In this document: piece after piece, positions 11,640 through 22,953 of the stretch
How the letters are laid out: each line of letters begins with the position of its first letter
Position numbering within the stretch: position 1 is the first letter of the stretch
NCBI RefSeq assembly: GCF_006345805.1
Contig: NC_043012.1
Coordinates: 48,763,001 to 48,796,000 of the forward strand
Origin: Octopus sinensis
Lineage: Eukaryota
DNA: 33,000 bases
Reading direction: 5' to 3'
The notes under the pieces: generated by a model
What the model was told of the DNA's origin: nothing
The model's input: only the letters and a program-made list of their open reading frames with translations
The model's database searches: none
Program-made: the position numbers and the translations under genes

Positions 11640-11705
11640 CGGAGCGCTCACGAAACGAACCCAGAGACACGAAGTAGCGAAGCCGACTTCTTAACCACAC
11701 AGCCC
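11640..11705 (-). mobile_element. Isolated SINE tRNA-like head fragment
   Basis: Minus strand ggctgtgtggttaagaag...ctgggttcgtttc resembles the type A head. Confidence 0.45.
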
Positions 11706-12045
11706 TGTTTGCCGCTATAACGTTGTTTGAAGTTCACACGGAATTCATTAAATATTAGTGAATCTCCTTTCCCAGCCCCTTCCAGTGGAAGAGAAAATAA
11801 GTGTCTGTAGTGGTCCCTCATACATTTCAGGTTTTCTTTATGAGTCACTCGTTAATTAGTTTATTATATAGACCGGCATCAGCTATTTCACCTCACACTC
11901 TGACATTGTTAAATATTGCTCTTCTATATCGCTCTTCTTACATTCACCCTCACTGTCTGTCTCATATGAGTGTATGGATACACACACACACACACACCAC
12001 ACACACACACATATATATATATATATAATATATATCCATATATAG

Positions 12046-12096
<51 letters not shown>

Positions 12097-12413
12097 TAGA
12101 TAGATATATAGATATACATATATGTATGTGTGTGCAACTACACAAAAACACAGGGAGACACATGCACGCACACACGCAGTCACACACGCACACACACACA
12201 CACGCACACACACACACATTCTCATTCTTTCTATCACATGTATGACCACTCATTTTTCTCATTCCCTCATTCAGCTTTTCTGTCAACCTACATACATGTC
12301 TGTCTGTCTGTATGTCTGTCTCTGTTTCTCTCTTTATCGCTCTCCTTCCATCTCTCTATGTATACGCACATTATGTGTGTGTGTGTATGTGTACATATAC
12401 ACAACATAACCTG

Positions 12414-12522
<109 letters not shown>

Positions 12523-12552
12523 TTATATGTATATGTATATATATATATTCAT

Positions 12553-12730
12553 GGAGAGTTTACGAAAAAAACAAAAGACGAAGACAGGTGGTGTACAAAA
12601 CAAACAGATGTATTAGTATAACGCTCAAGAATAGAAAAAGTCTTTTACGTTTCGAGCCTACGCTCCTCTACAGAAAGGGACACAGAAAAACACAAGGAGA
12701 TAAAAAATGTGTGTAGTGGCTAACGATCTA
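12553..12730 (-). mobile_element. Repeat family E, probable 5'-truncated Penelope-like terminal repeat, copy 1
   Basis: Collinear with 18457-18640 (aaagacgaagac..aggtggtgta..caaacagatgtattagt...gtttcgagcctacgctc...acagaaa); carries a hammerhead motif and abuts (TA)n. Confidence 0.7.
12642..12677 (-). ncRNA. Minimal type I hammerhead motif with variant core (CUGUAGA)
   Basis: Minus strand CTTT-CTGTAGA-G-GAGC GTAG GCTC-GAA-ACGT-A-AAAG: stem I CTTT/AAAG, stem II GAGC/GCTC, palindromic stem III ACGT, GUA site. Confidence 0.6.
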
Positions 12731-12788
12731 ATGTGTATATATGTACACCTATATATGTATGTATCTTTGTGTATATACACTCACCTAT

Positions 12789-14990
12789 TATCTTTTATCC
12801 CTTACTGGTTCCAGTCCAATCACCAGAGCTCATGCCGACTCACTGTCATCGGTGTTGCAACACTTTTACAGACTCCTCTTCTTCAGCTGGCATTTGGTTT
12901 CATGAATGAGATTTCAAATTTGCTGTCTTCAGTTGTGCTTTTTGTTGCGGTGTAGGCTCATCCGGCATTCTAGACAGTAGAAGATTCAGTTGCTTTTTGG
13001 AAACCTCTGCTTAAATATCATGTAGATCTCTTAGAGTTTTTGCGAGGATATTGAAAAGCTCTAAGGCTATGAACCCCAAGCTATTACAGTATCTGGTCCT
13101 AAGTCTGAATAGTGAGGATGGTTCCAGACATTTATTGCAGCATGTCTCCATTCTGTCTTCGCTGTAGGGTCGTATATGTACCGTTTTCGAGAACCGCTGG
13201 TTTAGAGTCTTTAGTTTTTCAGCCTTTTCCGGAATCTGGTTTGTTGCACTGAGGCAATCTTCAAATTCGCCATTAATTTTACACTGTGTGGTGACCATAA
13301 TTAGACGCAATAACCTAGATGGCTGAGAACAACTATTCTCCAGAAGACCTTTATGGTTTCTCTACCCTCACGTTTTAAAATATCTGTTTTTGAAAGTTAA
13401 AGGAAAGTATAATGAGCCCCATTCATAATGGCGGGAGCAGAGCAAATTACAGGCCCGTTTCTCAGAGACCTCATCAGTAAAGACATTGGACGAACAATCA
13501 GAAGGATACTAATTGCACTCCTTGAAGGAAATGACTTGCAAGCTATCATCCAATATTATTTTCGACTACCTGAAAGCTGCCATCATATTAGCAATGAGTG
13601 GAGTCCTACACGGTAATATTTTGAGGACACTGCTCTTCATAGTGGCTCTCTAAAGCTGACATGTCCTCGACTGTACAGATGGTTACCCTCTTTATCACAA
13701 TATAAGTTTACATTTCATTACCAGTTTAGTAATATGCACATGAAACGTTGTATCATAATTCATGATAATGCCCTGGTCATGCACTGATTATGACTGACAC
13801 TACAATCTGTCCTGGTCCAGTGAGTTTTGTCAAAATTGCATTTAGATCTGTGCTTACAACGGAGTAGTTGGAGTTCTCAGCATTAAATTACATGTTATTT
13901 GCTTCGCTACACCTATATATAACATTTAAATCATGTTGCCGGTGCGTAGTATCTCCAGGGCTCTTTACTATCACTACTTTTGCATCATCTGCAGTGTGGG
14001 CGAGGGTAACAATCTGTGCAGTCGAGGACATGGCCAATATCGTATCTCTTTACATCAATGTAATCTTGCTGCTTTTATGTGTACCGTTGACATGGGAATA
14101 AACTCTTGTGATTGCTTAATTTTCGTATGAACTAAAGAGGTCATAAAAACACCTCTGGATGACTCAATCAATGTTTCACTTACACTTTTAGGGTTTGCAG
14201 TTTGGAAGCCATTTTCTTGGAAGGGTGGTCTTGTAGTGAACTGAAGCTCATTCTTTAATAATTTTAAAGAAAGCGTTAGGGTTGGTTATTCATTTTCTAT
14301 AACCATAGATTCTTTCACTGCCCTTTTCTTTTCATAGGAGTGTTACAGTCTCAGTCTTCACCTGTGCCCTTTTTTGAGGCATTCTCGTAGTTTTTCGGCT
14401 GTTTATTTAGGCATTTTGAAATCTCCGTTCTTCGTCTCATCAGAAAATTTCTTTCATTGGGAATTCTGTTCTAGTGCAGATTGGACTTTTGTGGGAGGCA
14501 AACAGTAAGCATATGACTTGGATTACTGAGAGAAATTGCTTTTAAGCTTCATGTCGATGTCAGGTGGGGAGAGACATTTATGTTAATTCTGTTTGAGGAT
14601 ATCTCTCTGTATTTTATTGCCAGTTTGCTTTGTAGAAATCGAGACTAGATAGAGTGTTAGGGCTTCTTATAGTCTGCCTCTCTGTGTCTTTCTTTGCTTC
14701 ATACATTGTCAGCTCTGCTATATCGTGAGCTAAGATTAAGGTCGGTGTCCATTTTACATAATGGATAATATTGAGTGGGCTGAAGTTTCTTATTAGAAGT
14801 ACACTGATGTGTAGTTTGGTTAGCACTTCAACTTTTGTGAGCTAGTTTCACGTATATTCATATGGTTTAAAGCTTCTGATGGGCATTGTGTCGTACTATT
14901 TCAAGTTGTCTTACGAGGTACAACCAGTGCCTCATACACAGAGTTTGAATACGACAGCAGGAGGAGCAAAAGCACGAACGATATCCAGAT
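12789..14990 (-). mobile_element. Decayed CR1-type LINE (APE remnant, linker, RT, 3' end), internally deleted and interrupted
   Basis: Minus translation: TPTLILAHDIAELTM and LDFYKANW (APE end), NPNAFFKII, TADDAK...HDLNVIYRCSEANNM*FNA (RT), HLGYCV*LWSP, RTRYCNSLGF...LFNILAKTLRDLH...MPDEP. The 5' boundary is uncertain. Confidence 0.85.
13594..13690 (+). pseudogene. Inverted CR1 RT fragment inside the minus-strand CR1
   Basis: MSGVLHGNILRTLLFIVAL*/ADMSSTVQMVTL (SGVPQG-like motif); 13660-13690 is a 29/31 inverted match to 14002-14032. Confidence 0.7.
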
Positions 14991-15212
14991 ATATGTTTCA
15001 GGCCAACTATGGATATTTATTTCCTTGTCAGTTCGCATACATGTGTATGCGTGTGTGTCTGTGCGATGTGCATGTGTGTGTGTCGTGCATGTGAGTGTCT
15101 GTGCATGTGCGCGCATGTGTATGTATGAGTGGGTGAGACTGTGTGCAAATATATATATATATATATATATAACGTGTATACATACATATATATGTACATG
15201 CATGTATGTATG

Positions 15213-15259
<47 letters not shown>

Positions 15260-15436
15260 TGTGTGTGTGTGTGTATAGGTGAGAGAGTTGGTGTGTGAAA
15301 CACGTGGTTGGATGTATAAAAAATAAAAAAGAGTGAAAAAACTACAGAAGCCTTGTGTTATAAGGTTAAAGAATATATTTAAGTGGTTATGTTAGAAAAA
15401 TGTTAGAAAATTTTGTGTATAGTAACATAGTTTTTG

Positions 15437-15475
15437 GAGAAATAACCGGTTTCGTATAGTCTTTTCAAATTTCTC
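15437..15475 (-). ncRNA. Minimal type I hammerhead motif with U3-A8 core (repeat family H)
   Basis: Minus strand GAGAAAT-TTGAAAA-GACTATAC-GAA-ACCGGT-T-ATTTCTC: 7-bp stem I, palindromic stem III ACCGGT; stem II only one G-C pair; GUU site. Confidence 0.5.
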
Positions 15476-15957
15476 AAATTTCTCAAATTTCTTTACCTAC
15501 ATCGTGTCATGTCAATCGCGTGAAGTGAAGAGTTCCAGGCAGGAGAAGGTAATCAGGGATTTCTTCCGGTGTAAGGGAGATGATCGCTTTATATCATATC
15601 TTTCTTTCAATGAGATGAGTTTCCTTGTATAAAAATGTTAGAATGGATCACCGTTCCCTCTCTCTTACTCCTCCTCCTCCTCCCTCTCGTCGCTGACCAG
15701 AGAGTAACTAACTTTCTTTCTGACTACTGCCTCCAACAAGTCTACAACAGCTTCTCCTGCCCTCGTAAGCCGTTTTCTCAATGCGTTCAAAATAATTTTC
15801 CCATCGTCTCGGCTAAAAAGCCCTTATCGTTTGTTTTTACTGTGTTATACTCATTGTCCTGTCTTTTACTGTTTTTATATGTATTACTTATACTGTCTTG
15901 TTTTGTTTTTACTGTCCTGTTCTTGTCACCATTTTTACGCCTCCGCAAAATATCCTA

Positions 15958-16185
15958 AATTTAATTAATTTGCTTTGCGGGGGGGATTGTTTCAACGAAG
16001 TCGTGTCTTGCCCTTACCTTCGAAACACAGAGTAGTCGAAGCAGGGGCAACTGAAGAAGGGGAATGTTCCTTGTGTTGTATGTCTTGTACTCTGTTTTTT
16101 CGTTGTTTGAAAAAGTCCATTTCCATGTTTTTGTTTTTATGTTTTCGTTTCTCGTTGTGTTCTACGTTTTTTTGATGTCCTGTGC
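15958..16185 (+). repeat. Dispersed repeat family D, copy 2 (may extend left toward 15500)
   Basis: Homologous to the reverse complement of 9851-10090. Confidence 0.75.
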
Positions 16186-16271
16186 CATATATGCATGTAT
16201 ATATTACATATAGATGTAGGTATGTACATATATGTATGTATACATATGTTTTATTTATTAATTTGTTATTA

Positions 16272-16343
<72 letters not shown>

Positions 16344-16394
16344 ATATATATATATGTATATCATGTCGCTGTTGGCATTAATCTTCACGTCATT

Positions 16395-16939
16395 ATTTAC
16401 ATAACACAAAGCTATATTAGACCCAAATCACAGATCTACGGCATTAATAGAGAAACCAAGAACATGGTAACAAATTTAAAATTGATGACAGACTAGAATA
16501 ACTGGAAAAACTAAACGTTTATGACAACCAGGGACCACATATATAACGTTGATGTTAACCCTTTGTGTCGGTTGATAAACCCAGCCAAATATAATGTCGA
16601 TTTAGTGAAGAAGAAATTTTTGAGAATGATTAATTATATCATTAGGGAAGCTACTAATGCCAAAGATTCAAGCAATAATAATATAGTCTTCACGTTATTC
16701 GATAGTATTATTAATAAGCACAACGCCAAATATACTCATTTTGATACTTCAGAATTTTATTCATCGATCTTTAATGCATTGATATGAGATGTACTGGGAC
16801 TTATTAAAATTTATAGCACCATAAATAATGATATAGTCGTTATAATGTAAACAAGAATGACTCCACTGTTTGATAAGAGAGTTCCTTTGATGTAAGTATG
16901 GGGGTCCTTCAATAGCGCTGGCATAAGCAATCGTGTGGG

Positions 16940-16949
<10 letters not shown>
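16395..16949 (+). mobile_element. Penelope-like element reverse-transcriptase fragment, decayed
   Basis: INRETKNMV...KIDDRLE...TTRDH...VNPLCRLINPAK...FDSIINKHNAKYTHFDTSEFYSSI...FDVSMG/SFNSAGISNRVGLYI, matching PLE RT motifs (KDH, CRLINP, FD..EFY.SI, MG...A.I..LVGLYI); flanked by (TA)n. Confidence 0.85.
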
Positions 16950-16982
<33 letters not shown>

Positions 16983-17234
16983 GTATATATGTATGTAAGT
17001 ATGTATGTATGTATGTATGCTGTAAGATATTTTCCCTGTTTTTATTCATGTATGTTATATATCTTGATAATTACTGGTATCTTTATATATTATATATGTA
17101 AAGCATAATAAGTTATACATGTGTGTATGTTGTTTAATTGTCATTTTAGTAAATAAATAAATAAATCGACATAATATAATGTCTAAAAGTTTATGAACAC
17201 CACCTATTGATCGCCTCCATTTTCTATTGCTCCT

Positions 17235-17322
<88 letters not shown>

Positions 17323-17324
17323 TT

Positions 17325-17500
17325 TAGTGTAGGAAGAAATGGAGCTGAACGAAGATTTAACAAAATTCCTTTTTATTATTTTCTACATATGTTTCAAAGG
17401 CTGCAAAGTCCCCATGGTCGTAACCTCAACCGTGATTTTTGCTACCCAGGTATCGGTTATCATTTGAATTATCCGTAATAAGATAATTCATTTATCTACT
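17325..17500. mobile_element. Repeat family F, rearranged copy with 5' inversion
   Basis: 17325-17400 (minus) matches 23207-23285; 17401-17500 (plus) matches 23321-23436. Confidence 0.75.
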
Positions 17501-17668
17501 TCAATATATATATATATATATATAATATATATATATATATAACTCATATCGACAACAAAATGTTCACCTGAAGAGAATTTTGTTTATGCAGCAGTAACAA
17601 GTTAAAACAAGTTAAGAATGCAAGTATACACTAGGTCATTATCTAAACATTCAAGTCTTAGTGACAGC

Positions 17669-17914
17669 AAGGTAAAAGTAAAGTTACCGTCTCGAGTCAT
17701 ACTGACTCATAAGGGCCGGTCTCCCGGTTTCATGGCGTCTATGTTCCCCATCCGGATGGGACGCCGGTACATTGCAGGATTGTTCATTTTTGCCAGTGTC
17801 AACAGGAGCAATGTGAAAGGAAGTGGTTTGCTCAAGAACACAACCCGTCGCCCGGTTCAAGAATGGAAACCACAATCTTACGACCATGAGTCCACACCCT
17901 AACCACTAAGCCAC
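17669..17914 (-). mobile_element. tRNA-derived SINE type B
   Basis: Minus strand gtggcttagtggttagggtg...tgtgttcttgagcaa...ccggcgtcccatcc...ggcccttatgagtc; collinear with 20374-20624. Confidence 0.9.
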
Positions 17915-18387
17915 TTAGCGCCACTTAGCGACAGTGCTATCTAATTTCAATGATTCACTTCCAGGACAGTTACTACAAGGAAGGTATTTACACATTTGAC
18001 TATATGCAAACTTGTTAGCCATAAACGTATACAGCGTATTTAAGTCATTACTGATTAGAGATCCCCTCATTAATTTCAGCTTTGAAAGTTTCGCATGCGT
18101 CAGCAAGTTTTTTATTTACTGACATAATTTTTTTATTTACGAATAAAAACAACTGTTGTTAATGGACTGTGAACGATGTGTTCGGTGTGTGTATTAGAAA
18201 AGAGTAATGACACAGAAACACACGACCTCATTCGTAGACCTGCTTGCTGCTTGCTGTGTTTTTTCATATATTGCCGCGAAGGTCTTTTCCACTTTTGAAT
18301 GTACACGAACGTGTTAAATGCAAATGTTCACAGCTACATATGTATATGTCTGTATGTGTGTATTGTGCGTGTGTGAGTCTATGTACG

Positions 18388-18455
<68 letters not shown>

Positions 18456-18456
18456 A

Positions 18457-18800
18457 GGGAAATTTTCACACAAAAAGGCAAAAGACGAAGACCAGGTGGT
18501 GTAGACAACAAACAGATGTATTAGTTTAACGCTCGGGAAGTGAAAAAGTCTTTAATGTTTCGAGCCTACGCTCTTCCACAGAAAAGAACACAGAAAGAAA
18601 CAGGGAGAGAAAATAAAGTATGTGCAGTGGCTAGCGATCTATCATGGCGAATGTCGGACAGAGGGGTCACACAGGAGAGCTAGGAAGAAGGGGAGATTAT
18701 AAAGTAGTAGTGATCCCAAAACGAAGGTGCCCGTGCGTATGTATAAGAGAGCATGTATGTGCGTGAGGAAGGGGGCTGGTGACCTTGACGTGTGCGTGTG
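18457..18800 (-). mobile_element. Repeat family E, copy 2 (longer)
   Basis: Collinear with 12553-12730. Hammerhead motif at 18549-18586 reads CTTTT-CTGTGGA-A-GAGC GTAG GCTC-GAAAC-ATT-AAAG (stem III decayed). The high-coordinate boundary is uncertain. Confidence 0.7.
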
Positions 18801-18967
18801 TGCATGTGTAGGTGCGTGGATGATGGAGCGGGTACTGGGAAGTGGTCAGCGCTAGTGTGTGCTTGGTGGTGTGATGTGATGTGGTGTTGTGTGGTATGGT
18901 GGTGTGTGGTGTGGTGGTGGGTCGTGTGGTGTGGTTTGCATAAAAGGTAAAGAAAACAGAATATGCC

Positions 18968-19260
18968 AGGCGCAAGCGTGGTTGTGTGATAAAAAGCCTG
19001 CTTCTCAACCAGATGGTCTGAATTCAGTCCCGCTGCGTGACACCTTAATAAGTGTCTTCCACTATAGCCGCAGGCCGATGAAAATTTTGCGAGAGGATTT
19101 GGTCGACGGAAACTGAAAAGAAACCCGTTGCATATATATTTATGTATATATGTGACTGTGTGTCTTTATAACTGTGTTTGTTCTGTTTGACAACCGATGT
19201 TGGTGTGTTTACTTCCTCGTAACTTAGCGGTTCGTCTATAGCAGTCTAGTGACTGAAATA
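18968..19260 (+). mobile_element. SINE type A with internal deletion in the 3' half
   Basis: aggcgcaagcgtggttgtgtg...ttcagtcccgctgcgtgacacc...gacggaaactgaaa...ttgacaaccgatgttggtgtgtttac...gtgactgaaa. Confidence 0.85.
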
Positions 19261-19478
19261 TATAGTTAAAATGAAATGGAACTATTCTGACATTTATTTA
19301 ATCTCGTGTCCACTAAGATAATATGCTAGAATTACCTTTATGCCAATTAGACAAAATCTATGGAATTTCCGGTGTACACATTGGAAAACACTTCCATTTC
19401 CGACACGAAGATTAACTACAGGAGAAATGCAAACTTGGTCTATTAAACTAATTGTGTGTTTATGTGAATGCGTCTGTG

Positions 19479-19538
<60 letters not shown>

Positions 19539-20019
19539 TGTGTCTGTGGGTTATTCCTGATATATACACAAACTATCTCTATTCCGTTCTATTTCCCTCA
19601 CATCACCATTATTATCAATTGCCTTAATTATTTACTAATTATCCACCGAGCCCTTTCAATAGATAATACGTTTCTTTAAGATGGTTTGAAATGTGCCCTC
19701 TAAAGCAATGTATCGGTTATCTACATATATCATTTCTGGATTCGTTTGCATTTTTCAAACATTTATTTTCCCTAGTCAGCTCTGTTTATTTTTTATTTTT
19801 TTATGCTTATTTTATATCACTTTGTTTCAAACAGCCTCAGAACGACAGAATTTATGTCCATTCTCATTCGTTCGTTCCGGTTTTCTTTTTATCTCAACCG
19901 ATCGTGACTCGGATGTATAATGTATCTGCTGCTGTGTGACAAAAATTCAGCCTTATTCATTTTCAACAGATAAGATACACCCAAATACATCGAATCATTA
20001 ATAAGATATATACGTAGCA

Positions 20020-20229
20020 AGGTGGTGGAATGGCTCTGCTCAAGAAATTCTCCTTACAACTATGTGATTTCGGGATCAATTCTTCTGGGCTGTACCTTGA
20101 GCGAGTGTCTTCTACGCCAGCCCCGGTCCGATCAATTCTCTGTAAATGAATTTGGTAAATGGAAACTGAAAGAAGTCCGTTGTTTACTTGCATGCATGCA
20201 TACATACATATAATATAAATGTATATATG

Positions 20230-20322
<93 letters not shown>

Positions 20323-20835
20323 GTGTGCATGTCTGTGTGTCTTTGTGGTTGTGTTTGTCTCCTCCTTCTACTTGTGGAGTCGTGTGGCTTAGTGGTTAGG
20401 GTGTTGGACTCATGATCGTAAAATTGTGGTTTCCATTCCTGAACCGAGCGATGCGATGCGTTCTTGAGCAAAATGCTTCTTTTCACATGGCTCCAGTCCA
20501 CTCTGCTGGCAAAAATGGCCAATCCTGTGTCGGACCGGCGTCCCATCCAGGTGGGGAATATATACGTCATAAAACCGAGAAACTGGCCCTTATCAGTCGG
20601 CATGGGTCGGGAAGGAAGCTTTACTTTTTTTTTTACTACCCCAAAACTTTACGATCAATATTGATTTGTATATTTAATCATAACTTAGCGGTCAGGCAAA
20701 ACATATTGATGGAATAAGTACCAAACTTGAAAAGCTAATCCCCGAGAGCGATTTCTTCGACTAAAATCCTTCAGGTTTGTGCTCCATCATGGCCGCAGTT
20801 CAAATAATCAAAAGAAATAGAAGAGATACAAGAGA
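20020..20835 (+). mobile_element. Diverged SINE type A split by (TA)n and a nested type B SINE
   Basis: 5' half at 20020-20182 (gtaccttgagcgagtgtcttc...ggaaactgaaagaagtccgt); 3' half resumes at 20680 (taacttagcgg...gaataagtacc...catggccgcagt). Confidence 0.7.
20374..20624 (+). mobile_element. tRNA-derived SINE type B, nested in a type A SINE
   Basis: gtggcttagtggttagggtgttggactc...gttcttgagcaa...ccggcgtcccatcc...ggcccttatcagtc...ctttac. Confidence 0.9.
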
Positions 20836-20982
20836 TATCAGTTTCAGATATATCTAAAATTCCTCCACACCAGCTCTAAGTAAGTTTTATGACTTATTGA
20901 ACATTTTTCAGTAAAATAGTTTTCGCGATTAGATAAGTTGATATATATATACTGTGAAACACAGGGATATCTATGATATATA

Positions 20983-21862
20983 TACAGGATGTGACAGGTA
21001 TACGAGGACAATCAATTATCAGTGTAGTACCATCTTCAAACCAATTAAAATGTTTTTATGTCTTTCATATCCTTTATGTCAAATAACATGCTAACACAAG
21101 AAATGAAAAGACATGCAGTCATTATTGTCATGCAGGCGGAACACAGTTTAACACTCTCACGAACTTGGCGTGCTATGGATCATCTCTGATGAGAAAAAGA
21201 CTCGAACCAAAAGTCTAAGGTGTGAAATGACAAATGGTTATGTGCATATCTATCTGATGTCCTCGTATCATATCCACTAAGCTTCCGGCAACTTTAGTGT
21301 TTTTAGGGGTGGTGAATAACAAAGGTCATATAGTCCTACCTCAAATCATTCTCTCAGAGCCTTAGAATTAGGGCTGCTGAATACAGTTCAGTGCTGCAGA
21401 TAATTGTGGAGCCCTGGTTGTAAGAAAAACGCAGGAGAGGATTATACGTGTTCCAACAAGACTCAGCACCTTCTGACAAATTCCACATAACCCAAGAATG
21501 GATGTCGAATAATCTTTATGACCATGTAACACTGAACTTGTGGCCTCCGACTTCGCCAGTTTTAAGTTCCATGAACTACTAGGGTTCTTATGTTGAAAGG
21601 AAAACTAATTGGATATCCTGACAATATCATAACATCACTGCAGGACGCCATTGCCCAGGTGATATCCGAAGTGAATTACGACCATTTAGTATATGTATGT
21701 GGACGATTCCGGTCACGCATTGAAGCAGCCATCGAAGGTGAAGACGGATTCATGTTGAGAACATGTTAACAAATTTCCATTACAGTACATTTAGTTCTTG
21801 CTTGATCAGAGTGCTTTATTGAATTACCAAGTATGTCCTCAAAATCCCTCTCACACTGTGTG
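20983..21862 (+). mobile_element. Internally deleted Tc1/mariner element with DD37D spacing (maT-like), pseudogenised
   Basis: LGVVNNKGH...YVFQQDSAPSDKFHITQEWMSNNLYDHVTLNLWPPTSPVLSSMNY*: 37 residues lie between the QQD aspartate and the position of the third catalytic D (here N). Decayed TIRs share tgtga.agg.at...gaggaca. Confidence 0.8.
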
Positions 21863-22490
21863 TATGTGTAAATATATATATATATATTTGTAAATAGTAA
21901 GGGATTGCTCCAAACGTTTACCGGTTTGCTCTCATTTAAGTATTCATAATAGGTTTTGTATGTAATGTATGTGTGTATGTATGTATGCATGTAAATATGT
22001 GTGTGTGTGTACATACATGGATGCATACGTACTCGCACATTTGCATGTATTTGTTCATGCATATCGTGTATATGCAGCCCTTAACTGAATAGCATCATTT
22101 CCCTACGATGTCGTTTCATGTTGCCTTCTTTTTCTTTAATTTCCCCAGCCTCCCAAACTTTTCCTCCTCTAGATTCTCCTTTCTTTCATCCTCCGTTTTT
22201 TTTCTCTCTCTCTCTCTCACTTTCTCTTTTGGACCACAACAACCACACATCTCATACAAATAACCTACAAGAAGATACGCTTTTACTGCTTATGCGTGTG
22301 TGTTTGTGTGTTGGTGTGTTTGTGTAATGGTATGTTTGTGTGTGTATGTGTAAGAGAGAGGGATAGAGGGAGAGAAAGAGGGAGAGAGAGAGAAGACATG
22401 TGTTTGTGTTTGTGTGAATGTACGTGTGAATTGAGCGTGTGAGTATTATTTGTTGCATGCTAACACGTGTGCATTGTCAGGCTTTGTCTG

Positions 22491-22525
<35 letters not shown>

Positions 22526-22789
22526 TTTATCCCACAGCGTATATTTTCAAACGAATTACTTTCTCAGACATTAATTAATTAGCTGTAATTACTACTATTT
22601 TATTCATAGTGTTCTCTGTATGCGACTAAGCATGTAATTGTGTGTGTCCGTGAAAGTCTTTATGTGAGGGTATGCGTGTCTGCAACGAATGTATATGATT
22701 AAGTGTATATATACATGTATTTGTTCATTTGAGTAGATGTATATTCGTATGGGTATATATATATGTGTGTATATATCTATATCTATATA

Positions 22790-22911
22790 TATATATATAT
22801 GCATGTATATTTGTATATCTGTATGTGTATACACAAACACACACATATATATGCATATGTACATATAAATACATACATGTATATATATATTTATACATAT
22901 ATACATAGATA

Positions 22912-22953
<42 letters not shown>

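Noticed and set aside
13447-13480. Minus-strand CTGATGAG...GAAACGGGCCTGTA hammerhead look-alike
   Set aside because: Stem II does not close and the flanks give no stem I.
21186-21216. CTGATGAG...CTCGAAC motif
   Set aside because: GAAA is incomplete, there is no stem I, and it lies inside transposase-derived sequence.
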